Shown here in pieces: positions 27,928 through 36,791 of a stretch of DNA of 64,000 bases. Source of the stretch: an uncultured Gemmatimonadaceae bacterium (lineage in GTDB: Bacteria > Gemmatimonadota > Gemmatimonadetes > Gemmatimonadales > Gemmatimonadaceae); the NCBI GenBank assembly GCA_963740355.1, contig CAVUDW010000002.1, forward strand, positions 1,312,001 to 1,376,000, written 5' to 3'. The notes beneath the pieces were generated by a model. It worked only from the letters and a program-made list of their open reading frames with translations. It had not been told where the DNA came from and did no database searches. Numbering within the stretch: the first letter of the stretch is position 1; every line of letters starts with the position of its first letter. The position numbers and the translations under genes are program-made.

Positions 27928-29066
27928 AGTCGCTGTTCTGGCTTGGCGTGCTTGGGCTGGCGGTGCTGGAGATTGCGCTCGTGTATTTCATCATGCCCAT
28001 GCCTGGCAGTCAGCGCATGCGCAGCATCGAGCTGGCGTACACGCTCTACAGCTGGCGCTGGGCCGGGCGGGCACTGTTCGGTGTGATGATCGCGGCGGGA
28101 CTGCTGCCAGCATGGCGAAGCGTTGGGCGCACACGATACCTCGTCCCCGTCGCCCTGCTGGCCGTCGGCGCAATTGCGTACGCCTTCAATTTCCAGATGG
28201 CGGCCGATCACATGTTCCTGCAGCCACGCACACTGCGCATGGCGTCGGCATCCGTGAACACGGTCGCGGCTGATCGTCTCGTCGTCGGCTTCGAACTGAA
28301 TGGGCAGGCGCGCGCGTATCCGCTGCAATTCATCGGGTATCACCATCAGGTGCGCGACACGGTGGCGGGTGAGGAGATCCTCGTCAGCTACTGCACGGTG
28401 TGTCGCACCGGTCGGATTTTTCGGCCGACGGTGAACGGGCAACTGGAGACATTCCGGTTGGTCGGCATGGACCACTTCAACGCGATGTTCGAGGATGCCA
28501 CCACCAGGAGTTGGTGGCGCCAGGCCAATGGTGAAGCCGTGATCGGGCCGCTCAAGGGCACGGCGATGCCGGAGCTGCCCAGCGTCCAGGTGTCGCTCGG
28601 ACAGTGGATGAAGCTGCACCCGCAGAGCCTCGTGATGCAGGCCGATCCGGCGTTCACCAGTGAGTACGCCAAGGACTATGCGTACGAAAAGGGCACGAAG
28701 ACCGGCGGTCTCACAGGCACCGACACCGTGTCGTGGAATGACAAGGCGTGGGTGGTCGGTGTGGCGATGAAGGGAGCTGCCAAGGCGTACGACTGGAAGC
28801 AGCTGCGCCGTGAGCGAGTGATCAACGACACGGTCGGTGGCGTGCCGATCGTGATCGCGCTTGGGCCGGACAGTGTGAGCTTCTTCGCCTTCCAGCGCCC
28901 CGACACTGCCACGCGATTCGCGCTGCGTGGCGATTCGCTGGTGGCACCGGTGGGAAGCTTCGCGCTCAACGGGCGCGGTGCCTCCGGCGCCTTGACTGCC
29001 ATCAACGCCAGCCAGGAATTCTGGCACAGCTGGCGCACGTTCCAGCCGGCGACCACGCGTTACTAG
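27924..29066 (+). CDS. DUF3179 domain membrane-anchored protein with CxxC
   Basis: Three N-terminal TM segments; ARAYP, SYCTVCRTG, DATTRSWWRQANGEAVIGPLKG, EFWHSW. Confidence 0.75.
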   Translation: MKSLFWLGVLGLAVLEIALVYFIMPMPGSQRMRSIELAYTLYSWRWAGRALFGVMIAAGLLPAWRSVGRTRYLVPVALLAVGAIAYAFNFQMAADHMFLQPRTLRMASASVNTVAADRLVVGFELNGQARAYPLQFIGYHHQVRDTVAGEEILVSYCTVCRTGRIFRPTVNGQLETFRLVGMDHFNAMFEDATTRSWWRQANGEAVIGPLKGTAMPELPSVQVSLGQWMKLHPQSLVMQADPAFTSEYAKDYAYEKGTKTGGLTGTDTVSWNDKAWVVGVAMKGAAKAYDWKQLRRERVINDTVGGVPIVIALGPDSVSFFAFQRPDTATRFALRGDSLVAPVGSFALNGRGASGALTAINASQEFWHSWRTFQPATTRY

Positions 29067-29069
29067 TCA

Positions 29070-31400
29070 ATGCCACGCGCATACTTTTCGCGTGCCCCGC
29101 GACTGATCGCGATCGTCGCTGCAGCAGTGGGCATCGCGGCGTGTGGCGAGACGGCGTCAACGCCGAAGGGCGTCGCGATCCCGAGTGGCACGCAGCGCAT
29201 GGCCGATACGCTGGCCGCGTTGTATGCGAGGTCGCTGCTCCATCCGGAAACGAATCCATTCCTCAATCGCGCGCGCGTTGACGCGATCGCAAAGGAACTG
29301 GCGGGCCAGACGGGCGACGGTGCGATGGACGCCCGCTTTCGGCTCGCCGAGGAACAGCTGAAGACCGGTCGGACACAGGATGCCATCGACGGGCTCGAAT
29401 CGCTGATCCGCGATGCGAAGATCTCGTGGGATAGCATCCTTCCGCACCAGAAGCCGTTCTTCGACCTGCTGTCGGTGGCCTACATGCGGCTTGGTGAGCA
29501 GCAGAACTGTCTCGCCAATCCTGCGGCCAACATCTGCATCCTCCCACTCGCCGGTGGCGCGCGGCATACGAAGCAGGTGGGCGCTCGCGCGGCAATCGAG
29601 CGGTATACGAAGATCCTGCGACAGTATCCCGATGATCGTGGATCACAGTGGCTGCTGAACCTCGCGTACCTGCAGATCGGCCATTACCCCGACAGCGTGC
29701 CCGCGAAGTATCTCATCAGCAAGCTCGTTCCCAAACGCGGGCCGAACGACTTTCCGGAGTTCCACAACATCGCCGGGCCGGTTGGCCTGGCGGTGACCGG
29801 GCTCGCAGGCGGCGTGGACATCGACGACTTCAACGGTGATGGCCTGCTGGATGTCTTCACGACCGCGTGGGGCCTCAACGACCCAGTGCATGTCTTTCTC
29901 GCGGACGGTCGCGGCGGATTCCTCGATCACACCGCAGCGGCTGGGGTGCAGGGGATCGTCGGTGGGCTCAACTCGACACACGCCGATTACGACAACGACG
30001 GTGACGTGGACATCCTCATCATGCGTGGCGCGTGGATGCGGGAGAATGGGCCGTTTCCGCTGTCGCTGCTGCGCAATCGTGGGGATGGCTCGTTCGACGA
30101 CGTGACCTTCGATTCCGGTCTCGGTTCGTTCGGCCCGACGAACACGGCCAGCTGGGCAGACTTCAATCTCGATGGGTATCTCGATCTCTTCGTCGGCTAC
30201 GAGTCGTACTCGAAGATCAACGGTGGGCCATCACATCGCTCGAAGCTCTTCCTCAACAACCGGAACGGCACCTTCACCGAGGTCTCGGCGAAGGTCGGCA
30301 TCGATGTCGATGATTTCGTGAAGGGTGCCACGTGGGGCGACGTCAATGACGACGGCCTGCCTGACCTCTACCTGACGGTCATCTACGGCCGCAACAAGCT
30401 GTTCATCAACAAGGGTGGGGCGTCGATCGACGCGTGGCGGTTCGAGGAGCAGGGGGAGAAGGCCGGAGTGCAGCTGCCGATTGCGGCCTTCCCGACCTGG
30501 TTCTTCGACTTCGACAATGATGGACATCCGGACCTGTTCGTCCCCAGTTACGACGTGAACGCCGCGATGCACGAGTTCGTGGCGCGCGAGTACCTCGGGC
30601 TGCCGCTCTCGGTGAAGATCGGCGGCGTCGATGTCACCTTCGAGGATGCGAAGCTCTATCGCAACAAGGGTGATGGCACCTTCGAGGATGCGACGACCCG
30701 AATGGGGCTCGATCGCAAGGTCATCTACGCGATGGGCAGCAATTTCGGCGACATCGACAACGATGGCTGGCTCGACTTCTACATCGGCACCGGCAATCCC
30801 GACCTGCGGTCGGTGATCCCGAACCGCATGTTCCGCAATGTCGATGGCAAGCGCTTCGAGGAGATCACGCTCTCGGGCGGGTTCGGCCATCTGCAGAAAG
30901 GGCATGCGGTGGCCTTTGCCGACCTCGATCGCGATGGCGACGAGGATGTCTTCGAGGTGATCGGCGGGGCGTACGATGGCGATCTGGCGACGACCGTACT
31001 GTTCGAGAATCCCGGGTGGCCGAAGACGCAGTGGCTCAACCTGAAGCTCGAAGGGACCACCGCCAATCGGTCGGCGATTGGGGCTCGGGTCGAGATCGTC
31101 GTGACTGATGGCACGGGCACTGCGCGCAGCATCCATCGCACGGTCGGCACTGGCGGATCGTTCGGCGCGGGACCGCTGGAACTGCACGTCGGCCTGGGAG
31201 CGGCGACGAGTGTGAAGGAGGTGCGGATTCAGTGGCCCGACAAGGCACACTCACGCGCCTCGTTCACGAACCTGACGGCGAATCGGTACTACCGGATCGT
31301 GCAGGGCGCTCAGCCGACGACACTGACTCGACCGGCGGTCCCCTTCCGCACCACACCGTCGGGCACCGGGCCAATGATGACCATGCCGATGCCGAAGTAG
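29070..31400 (+). CDS. CRTAC1-family lipoprotein (helical N-domain + FG-GAP repeats + ASPIC/UnbV)
   Basis: Lipobox IAAC; DFNGDG/DYDNDG repeats; NRSAIGARV and LHVGLG ASPIC motifs. Confidence 0.85.
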   Translation: MPRAYFSRAPRLIAIVAAAVGIAACGETASTPKGVAIPSGTQRMADTLAALYARSLLHPETNPFLNRARVDAIAKELAGQTGDGAMDARFRLAEEQLKTGRTQDAIDGLESLIRDAKISWDSILPHQKPFFDLLSVAYMRLGEQQNCLANPAANICILPLAGGARHTKQVGARAAIERYTKILRQYPDDRGSQWLLNLAYLQIGHYPDSVPAKYLISKLVPKRGPNDFPEFHNIAGPVGLAVTGLAGGVDIDDFNGDGLLDVFTTAWGLNDPVHVFLADGRGGFLDHTAAAGVQGIVGGLNSTHADYDNDGDVDILIMRGAWMRENGPFPLSLLRNRGDGSFDDVTFDSGLGSFGPTNTASWADFNLDGYLDLFVGYESYSKINGGPSHRSKLFLNNRNGTFTEVSAKVGIDVDDFVKGATWGDVNDDGLPDLYLTVIYGRNKLFINKGGASIDAWRFEEQGEKAGVQLPIAAFPTWFFDFDNDGHPDLFVPSYDVNAAMHEFVAREYLGLPLSVKIGGVDVTFEDAKLYRNKGDGTFEDATTRMGLDRKVIYAMGSNFGDIDNDGWLDFYIGTGNPDLRSVIPNRMFRNVDGKRFEEITLSGGFGHLQKGHAVAFADLDRDGDEDVFEVIGGAYDGDLATTVLFENPGWPKTQWLNLKLEGTTANRSAIGARVEIVVTDGTGTARSIHRTVGTGGSFGAGPLELHVGLGAATSVKEVRIQWPDKAHSRASFTNLTANRYYRIVQGAQPTTLTRPAVPFRTTPSGTGPMMTMPMPK

Positions 31401-31433
31401 CTGCCTGAGTTGCTGTCTGAGAAGCTGCCACCC

Positions 31434-31457
31434 GCCTGCCGCTGCTCTGCGGCAGGC
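31434..31457. terminator. GC-rich hairpin between convergent genes
   Basis: gcctgccgc-tgctct-gcggcaggc; no U-tract. Confidence 0.4.
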
Positions 31458-31471
31458 AGATGGCCTGCAGG

Positions 31472-31966
31472 TCAATTCGCTGGCGCTGTCGGCAGTGCGT
31501 TGATGATCGTGTCGAGCCCCGGCCACGATTCCGACGCATAGCGGTGAATCGTCCGCAGATACCGCTCGCCCTCGTCACCGTGCGCTGCGATCGTTGCGGC
31601 GGCGCCCTTCTCGACTGCCAGCGCGTCGCAGTACGGCGGCTCGAGTTCTTCGTCGATGCGGCCATTCTCATGCTTCACGCCAGCCGCGTCGAGGAAGGTG
31701 GCCTGAATGGCCGGTTCCAGGTCGACGTAGAGCGTCTGCATCAGTCCCAACTCATCTTGAGCCGACTCGACCTTCAGGCGCACCACTTCCTGCGCCAGGC
31801 GTTCGGCAGGCCAGTTCTGGAAGCTCGCCGGGCGGAAGCCTCCGCCGCGGGAGACCAGCCGCTGGATGAAGATCGCGCGTGCGTCCTTCTGGGTCTTGAG
31901 TTCGTAGGTCACCAGCGCGACTCGGCGCTCGACCGGCAGGGTTCGGTACGGAGAAAGAGGAGGCAT
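31472..31966 (-). CDS. Hypothetical protein
   Basis: Protein-like ORF filling the gap between two + strand genes; start taken at ATG 31966 (MPPLSPYR); no motif recognised. Confidence 0.65.
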   Translation of the reverse strand: MPPLSPYRTLPVERRVALVTYELKTQKDARAIFIQRLVSRGGGFRPASFQNWPAERLAQEVVRLKVESAQDELGLMQTLYVDLEPAIQATFLDAAGVKHENGRIDEELEPPYCDALAVEKGAAATIAAHGDEGERYLRTIHRYASESWPGLDTIINALPTAPAN

Positions 31967-32138
31967 AACTGACAAAATAACTGATCCCACTCGACCGCGC
32001 CCGTGATATTTCACCGACGTCGCTTCACAATGTCCAGCACGGTGTTCACATTCTGTTCATTCTCTGACCTTTCACGGTCGGTGCCGCAGGCTGTCTGGCT
32101 GCGGTTACGAAGTAACCCCCTTAGCACAGGCTTCCCCG

Positions 32139-33515
32139 ATGGAGAGAAAACGCCTGAATTTCTGGCAGCTCTTCAACATGAGCTTCGGATTCCTGGGCAT
32201 TCAGTTCGGGTGGGGACTGCAACTCGCAAACATGTCGGCCGTGTACGAACGGCTCGGCGCCAAGCCCGACGAAGTACCGCTGCTCTGGCTGGCCGCACCG
32301 CTGACGGGGCTGATCGTGCAGCCGATCGTCGGCGCACTCAGTGATCGCACCTGGGGGCGCCTCGGTCGCCGCCGTCCGTATTTCCTGACCGGTGCCATTC
32401 TCGCGTCGATCGCGCTGTTCTTCATGCCGACGTCGACGTCGCTCTGGATGGCAGCCAGCCTGCTCTGGATTCTCGACGGCTCGATCAACATCTCGATGGA
32501 GCCCTTCCGCGCGTTCGTGGCGGACAAGCTCGTCGCCTCGCAGCGGACGGCAGGCTTCGTGATGCAGTCGCTGATGATCGGTATCGGTGCCAGCTTCGCG
32601 AACGCACTGCCTTGGGCGCTCGGCAAGTTCGGTGTGGTTGGTGCCACCGCGAGCGGCATTCCGCTGACGGTGAAGTATTCGTTCCAGGCCGGCGCCGTGG
32701 TGTTCCTGTTGTGTGTGTTGTGGACCGTCTTCACCACCGACGAGTTCCCGCCCGAGGACATGGAAGCCTTCAAGCGCGCGAAGGCCGAGAAGGCGGGAAT
32801 CGGCGCGATGGCGACCGAGGTCGTGCACGCGATCCGCGACATGCCAAAGACGATGCAGCAGCTTGCCGTCGTCCAGCTGTTCACCTGGCTCGGTCTGTTT
32901 TGCATGTGGATCTTCTTCGTGCCGGCGACCGCCCGCCACGTGTTTGGCGCGGTGGACGTCAAGTCGGAGCTGTACGAGAAGGGGGCGGCGTGGGGCGGGA
33001 CGGTCTTCGCCTTTTATTCCATCACCTGCTTCCTCGTGGCGCTGATCCTGCCGCGTGTGGCAGCCGCGACCAGCCGAAAGTTCGTGCACACCGGGGCGCT
33101 GCTGTGCGGAGCGGCAGGATTGCTGAGCGTGTGGGTCATTCACGAACCGAACATGCTGATCCTCTCGATGATCGGTGTCGGCGTTGCGTGGGCGTCGATC
33201 CTGTCGATGCCATATGCGATGCTGGCCAGCTGCCTGCCTGTGGAGCGCATGGGTGTCTACATGGGCGTGTTCAACTTTTTCATCGTGCTCCCCGAGATCC
33301 TGGCGGCGCTCTTCTTCGGACCACTGACGCGCCTGATCTTCGGCGCCGACAATCCGCAGACGCCGCTCTACGTCGTCATGCTGGGCGGGATCTGCATGAT
33401 CGTGGCTGCGCTGTGCGTGCAGTTCGTGCAGGACAATGAAGTGAAGGAAGACGTTGCGGAGCGCGCACCGTCTCCGAGGCCGGATCGACCGCTTGCAGCG
33501 GCTCCAGGCCGGTAG
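32139..33515 (+). CDS. MFS sugar transporter (MalT/SLC45 type), paralog of 24941..26299
   Basis: [42 protein letters not shown]. Confidence 0.9.
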   Translation: MERKRLNFWQLFNMSFGFLGIQFGWGLQLANMSAVYERLGAKPDEVPLLWLAAPLTGLIVQPIVGALSDRTWGRLGRRRPYFLTGAILASIALFFMPTSTSLWMAASLLWILDGSINISMEPFRAFVADKLVASQRTAGFVMQSLMIGIGASFANALPWALGKFGVVGATASGIPLTVKYSFQAGAVVFLLCVLWTVFTTDEFPPEDMEAFKRAKAEKAGIGAMATEVVHAIRDMPKTMQQLAVVQLFTWLGLFCMWIFFVPATARHVFGAVDVKSELYEKGAAWGGTVFAFYSITCFLVALILPRVAAATSRKFVHTGALLCGAAGLLSVWVIHEPNMLILSMIGVGVAWASILSMPYAMLASCLPVERMGVYMGVFNFFIVLPEILAALFFGPLTRLIFGADNPQTPLYVVMLGGICMIVAALCVQFVQDNEVKEDVAERAPSPRPDRPLAAAPGR

Positions 33516-33545
33516 GTCCGCGGTACGTTGCACCCAGGGAGCTCG

Positions 33546-34538
33546 ATGCGCTCCCGCTTCCAATCCCCGATGATGCGTGTGTTTGGTCTGATGCGGCATG
33601 GCCGCGCGATGGTCCCGCTGCTGCAGTCGCTGTCGAAGCTCGCATTGGTGCCGATGGTGCTGGCTGGAGTGTCATCCGTTGCACAGGCGCAAAGCCTCGA
33701 CGACGCGATCTTCATGGACAGGCGCATCCTGTGTGCCGGCCTGATCTACACGCAGGATCAGTGGAGCGAGTACTGGGAAGGCTCGCTCAAGCGTGACAAT
33801 GGAAACATCGGGACACTGACGACGCGCCAGACGACTTACATGGCAGCGTATGGTGTCACGAACCGGCTCAACATCATTGCCTCGCTGCCGTACGTCTGGA
33901 CGAAGGCCAGCCAGGGCGTGCTGGAAGGGCAGAGCGGCAGCCAGGACATCAGCGTGGGACTCAAGTACCGTGTCTTCAGCACGCCGTTGACGACCAAGGG
34001 CACACTCAGTGGCATTGCCGTCATCAGCGCCACGGTGCCGACGAGCAACTACACGCCGGACTTCTACCCGATGTCGATCGGCTCGTCGAGCAAGCGGGCC
34101 ACGGCGCGCGCGATTCTCACCTGGCAGGCGACGAACGGTATCTACGTGAATGGTGCGGCGGCGTACACGCGTCGCGGCAATGTCACACTGGATCGCGTCT
34201 CGTATTACACGCAGGACCAGCTCTTTCTGACCAACGAAGTGCAGATGCCCGATGTGCAGGAAACGGCCGTCACGCTCGGCTACCGCGGTCACGGCCTGAT
34301 CGCGCCAGTCACACTCACCCGCCAGAAGACGCTTGGTGGTGGCGACATCCGTCGTCAGGACATGCCCTTCGTGTCGAATCGCATGGACTTCACCAGCATC
34401 GGCGGGCATGTGCAGTACCAGCTGCCGATGTTGAAGGTGGTCTCGCTGCAGGTCGGTGCGTCACATGTGCTCACCGGTCGCAACGTCGGTCAGTCGACGG
34501 CGGTGATGGGTGGCCTGCTGCTGGCGGGGAAGCTCTGA
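33546..34538 (+). CDS. Secreted protein, probable outer-membrane beta-barrel of unknown function
   Basis: GGAG before ATG 33546 (start uncertain); signal peptide ending AQA; alternating beta-strand pattern; stop overlaps the next gene start. Confidence 0.6.
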   Translation: MRSRFQSPMMRVFGLMRHGRAMVPLLQSLSKLALVPMVLAGVSSVAQAQSLDDAIFMDRRILCAGLIYTQDQWSEYWEGSLKRDNGNIGTLTTRQTTYMAAYGVTNRLNIIASLPYVWTKASQGVLEGQSGSQDISVGLKYRVFSTPLTTKGTLSGIAVISATVPTSNYTPDFYPMSIGSSSKRATARAILTWQATNGIYVNGAAAYTRRGNVTLDRVSYYTQDQLFLTNEVQMPDVQETAVTLGYRGHGLIAPVTLTRQKTLGGGDIRRQDMPFVSNRMDFTSIGGHVQYQLPMLKVVSLQVGASHVLTGRNVGQSTAVMGGLLLAGKL

Positions 34539-36103
34539 TGCCAACGCTCGATGTTCGCCGCGTTGGACGCGGCACGCGCGCACTCGGATTGAGCCTGCTC
34601 GCCGTGGCACTCCTGAGCTGCGACAAGGCCATCACGCAGACGGAAGACTTGCTTCCGCTGGTTGCGGCATCGACCGATGCATCGGCCGGCACCTGGAAGA
34701 TGATCGTACTGACTTCGCCGACGCAGGTGGCGGTGGCCGCACCGACGGCCGTGACCAGCGACGCCTACAAGGCAGAACTGGCCGCGATCAAGACGGCGCA
34801 AGCCGCGATCACGCCTGTGCAGTCCGAGCGTATCGGCTACTGGGCGGGCGGTGGCGTGTTGCGCTGGAATCAGATCCTGCGTGGGTTGGTGGCGCGCTAC
34901 AACCTCCCACCGGCCCCGCGTGCCGATGGGACGTATCCGGCCCCCGACGCGAACAATCCGTTCGGCGACCCGGCGTTTCCCTTTGCGAATCCACCGTACG
35001 CCGCGCGTGCATACAGCTACATCGCGGTGGCACAGTACGAAGCGCTGAAGGCGGCGTGGGCCTACAAGTATCAGTACAATCGGCCGTCGCCGGCGAAGGT
35101 GGATGCCGAGCTCCGACAGTTGGTGCCGATCTCCGACTTGCCGTCCTATCCGTCGGAAGACGCTGTGCTTGCCGGCGTCACGGTGGCGATGATCCAGACG
35201 CTCTTCCCGGCCGCGGTCGAAGAGGCCACGCTGCGCGGTGCGCAGCAGCGTGAGTCGGCGCTGCTGGCCGGCAAGGCCACCAGCAGCGACCTCGCAGCAG
35301 GGTTGGCGCTTGGTCGCGCGGTCGCGGCGCTGGTGCTGGCTCGCATGTCCACCGACGGCACGGCGAATGCGATCGGCAACGCAACGCAGTGGGCGAACCT
35401 GGCCGTCGCCGCACGTGCGCGTGGCGAGGAGCCATGGATCAGTCGTGAAATTCCCGCCCGTCCGCCGATGCTCCCGAACTTCGGCGCCGTGACGAGCTGG
35501 AACCTGACGCCGGCGGAAATCGTGAGCGTGCGTCCCCCAGCGCCGCCGTCGACGTCCTCGGCGCAGATGAAGACGGAAACGGCCGAAGTGCGCAGCACGG
35601 TGGAGAATCTCTCGCGCGCGCAGCGCGCCATCGCGGAGAAGTGGAACGACGGCGCCGGCACATACACGCCGCCTGGTCACTGGAACGACATTGCGGCGGA
35701 TCACATCCGTGACGCCAAGATGAGCGAGGTGCGTGCAGCACGGACGTTCGCCTTGCTCAACATGGCGATGCACGATGCTTCGGTGGCCTGCTGGGAAGCG
35801 AAGTACTTCTACTTCAATCCGCGACCCTCGCAGATGGATCCGGCAATCAAGACGGATATCGGCCTGCCGAACTTCCCGGCCTATCCGTCGGGTCACTCGA
35901 CGTTCTCCGCTGCGGCTGCCAGCGTGTTGTCGTATGTCTTCCCGGGATCGGCCAGCGAGTTCACGCAGATGGCCGATGAAGCCGGTATGTCGCGTCTCTA
36001 CGGCGGCATCCACTTCCGCAGTGACATCGTCGAAGGCAGGGCGCATGGCGCACGTGTGGGTGCGTACACCGTGCGTGCCGCCCAACTCGATCGGGCGCCC
36101 TGA
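34538..36103 (+). CDS. PAP2/vanadium-haloperoxidase-fold lipoprotein with two tandem domains
   Basis: Lipobox LLSC. C-domain intact (KYFYFNPRP, PAYPSGHS, SRLYGGIHF); N-domain degenerate (KYQYNRPSP, PSYPSEDA). Confidence 0.8.
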   Translation: MPTLDVRRVGRGTRALGLSLLAVALLSCDKAITQTEDLLPLVAASTDASAGTWKMIVLTSPTQVAVAAPTAVTSDAYKAELAAIKTAQAAITPVQSERIGYWAGGGVLRWNQILRGLVARYNLPPAPRADGTYPAPDANNPFGDPAFPFANPPYAARAYSYIAVAQYEALKAAWAYKYQYNRPSPAKVDAELRQLVPISDLPSYPSEDAVLAGVTVAMIQTLFPAAVEEATLRGAQQRESALLAGKATSSDLAAGLALGRAVAALVLARMSTDGTANAIGNATQWANLAVAARARGEEPWISREIPARPPMLPNFGAVTSWNLTPAEIVSVRPPAPPSTSSAQMKTETAEVRSTVENLSRAQRAIAEKWNDGAGTYTPPGHWNDIAADHIRDAKMSEVRAARTFALLNMAMHDASVACWEAKYFYFNPRPSQMDPAIKTDIGLPNFPAYPSGHSTFSAAAASVLSYVFPGSASEFTQMADEAGMSRLYGGIHFRSDIVEGRAHGARVGAYTVRAAQLDRAP

Positions 36104-36125
36104 TCGTCACTGCGGGGAGAATTAA

Positions 36126-36167
36126 AAACGACCGCCGGACTTCGCGCCCGGCGGTCGTTTCTTTTTT
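36126..36167 (+). terminator. Rho-independent terminator
   Basis: aaacgaccgccgg...ccggcggtcgttt stem followed by ctttttt. Confidence 0.8.
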
Positions 36168-36226
36168 CGCTGCGACGAATCGTCAACTGCGAATCGCAGA
36201 GTCGCAGAGGCGCAACCGAACCGCAT

Positions 36227-36636
36227 GCGCGCGGCTTCGCCGCCGACGGTCCACACGTCCTCACGCGGAGGCGCGGAGGACCGCGGAGCCGCGGAGATTC
36301 GCTCGCGGCAGCCACCCCGGGTGTGACTCGGAGGTTGACTGCAGGGGAACTGCGCTCGCCTGCGCCAGATTCCAGCCGGTGCGCCGCCCTCATGCACGGA
36401 TCTCCGCTGCGCACGCCGACCATTCCAAAGAGGCAGTTGCGGTTCGGTCCGTGTGGCCCCCCCCGCCGCCACAGGCGTCGAAGTGCTGTTCCCCGCGGCT
36501 CCGCGTCCCCCGCGCCTCCGCGTGAGGGAGTGTGGACCGGAGCCGCCACAGGCGTCGAAGTGCTGTCCCCCGCGGCTCCGCGTCCTCCGCGCCTCCGCGT
36601 GAGGGAGTGTGGACATCGGCCGCCACAGGCGTCCCG
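36227..36636 (+). repeat. Hairpin repeat family A, copy 1 (410 nt, with a 77-nt tandem duplication of the right arm)
   Basis: About 95% identical by eye to 39032-39364. Imperfect ~47-nt inverted repeat 36248-36294 / 36493-36538; gccgccacaggcgtc recurs at 36465, 36542 and 36619. Confidence 0.9.
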
Positions 36637-36791
36637 GTGCCGCGTGAGCAAGTGGGCGAGTGGGAGAGTGGGCGAGTGCAGGAATCTGCCGCCAAACGCG
36701 GCTCAGAGACTGCGTGAGCGAGTATGCCGACAACGCCATCAGGCAAACTGCCCTCGACAGCACGAAGTCTGAATGCGTAAACTGCGCTGTC

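Noticed and set aside
13245..31400. Enediyne biosynthetic cluster suggested by UnbV-like domains
   Set aside because: No enediyne PKS or associated cassette; the context is carbohydrate uptake.
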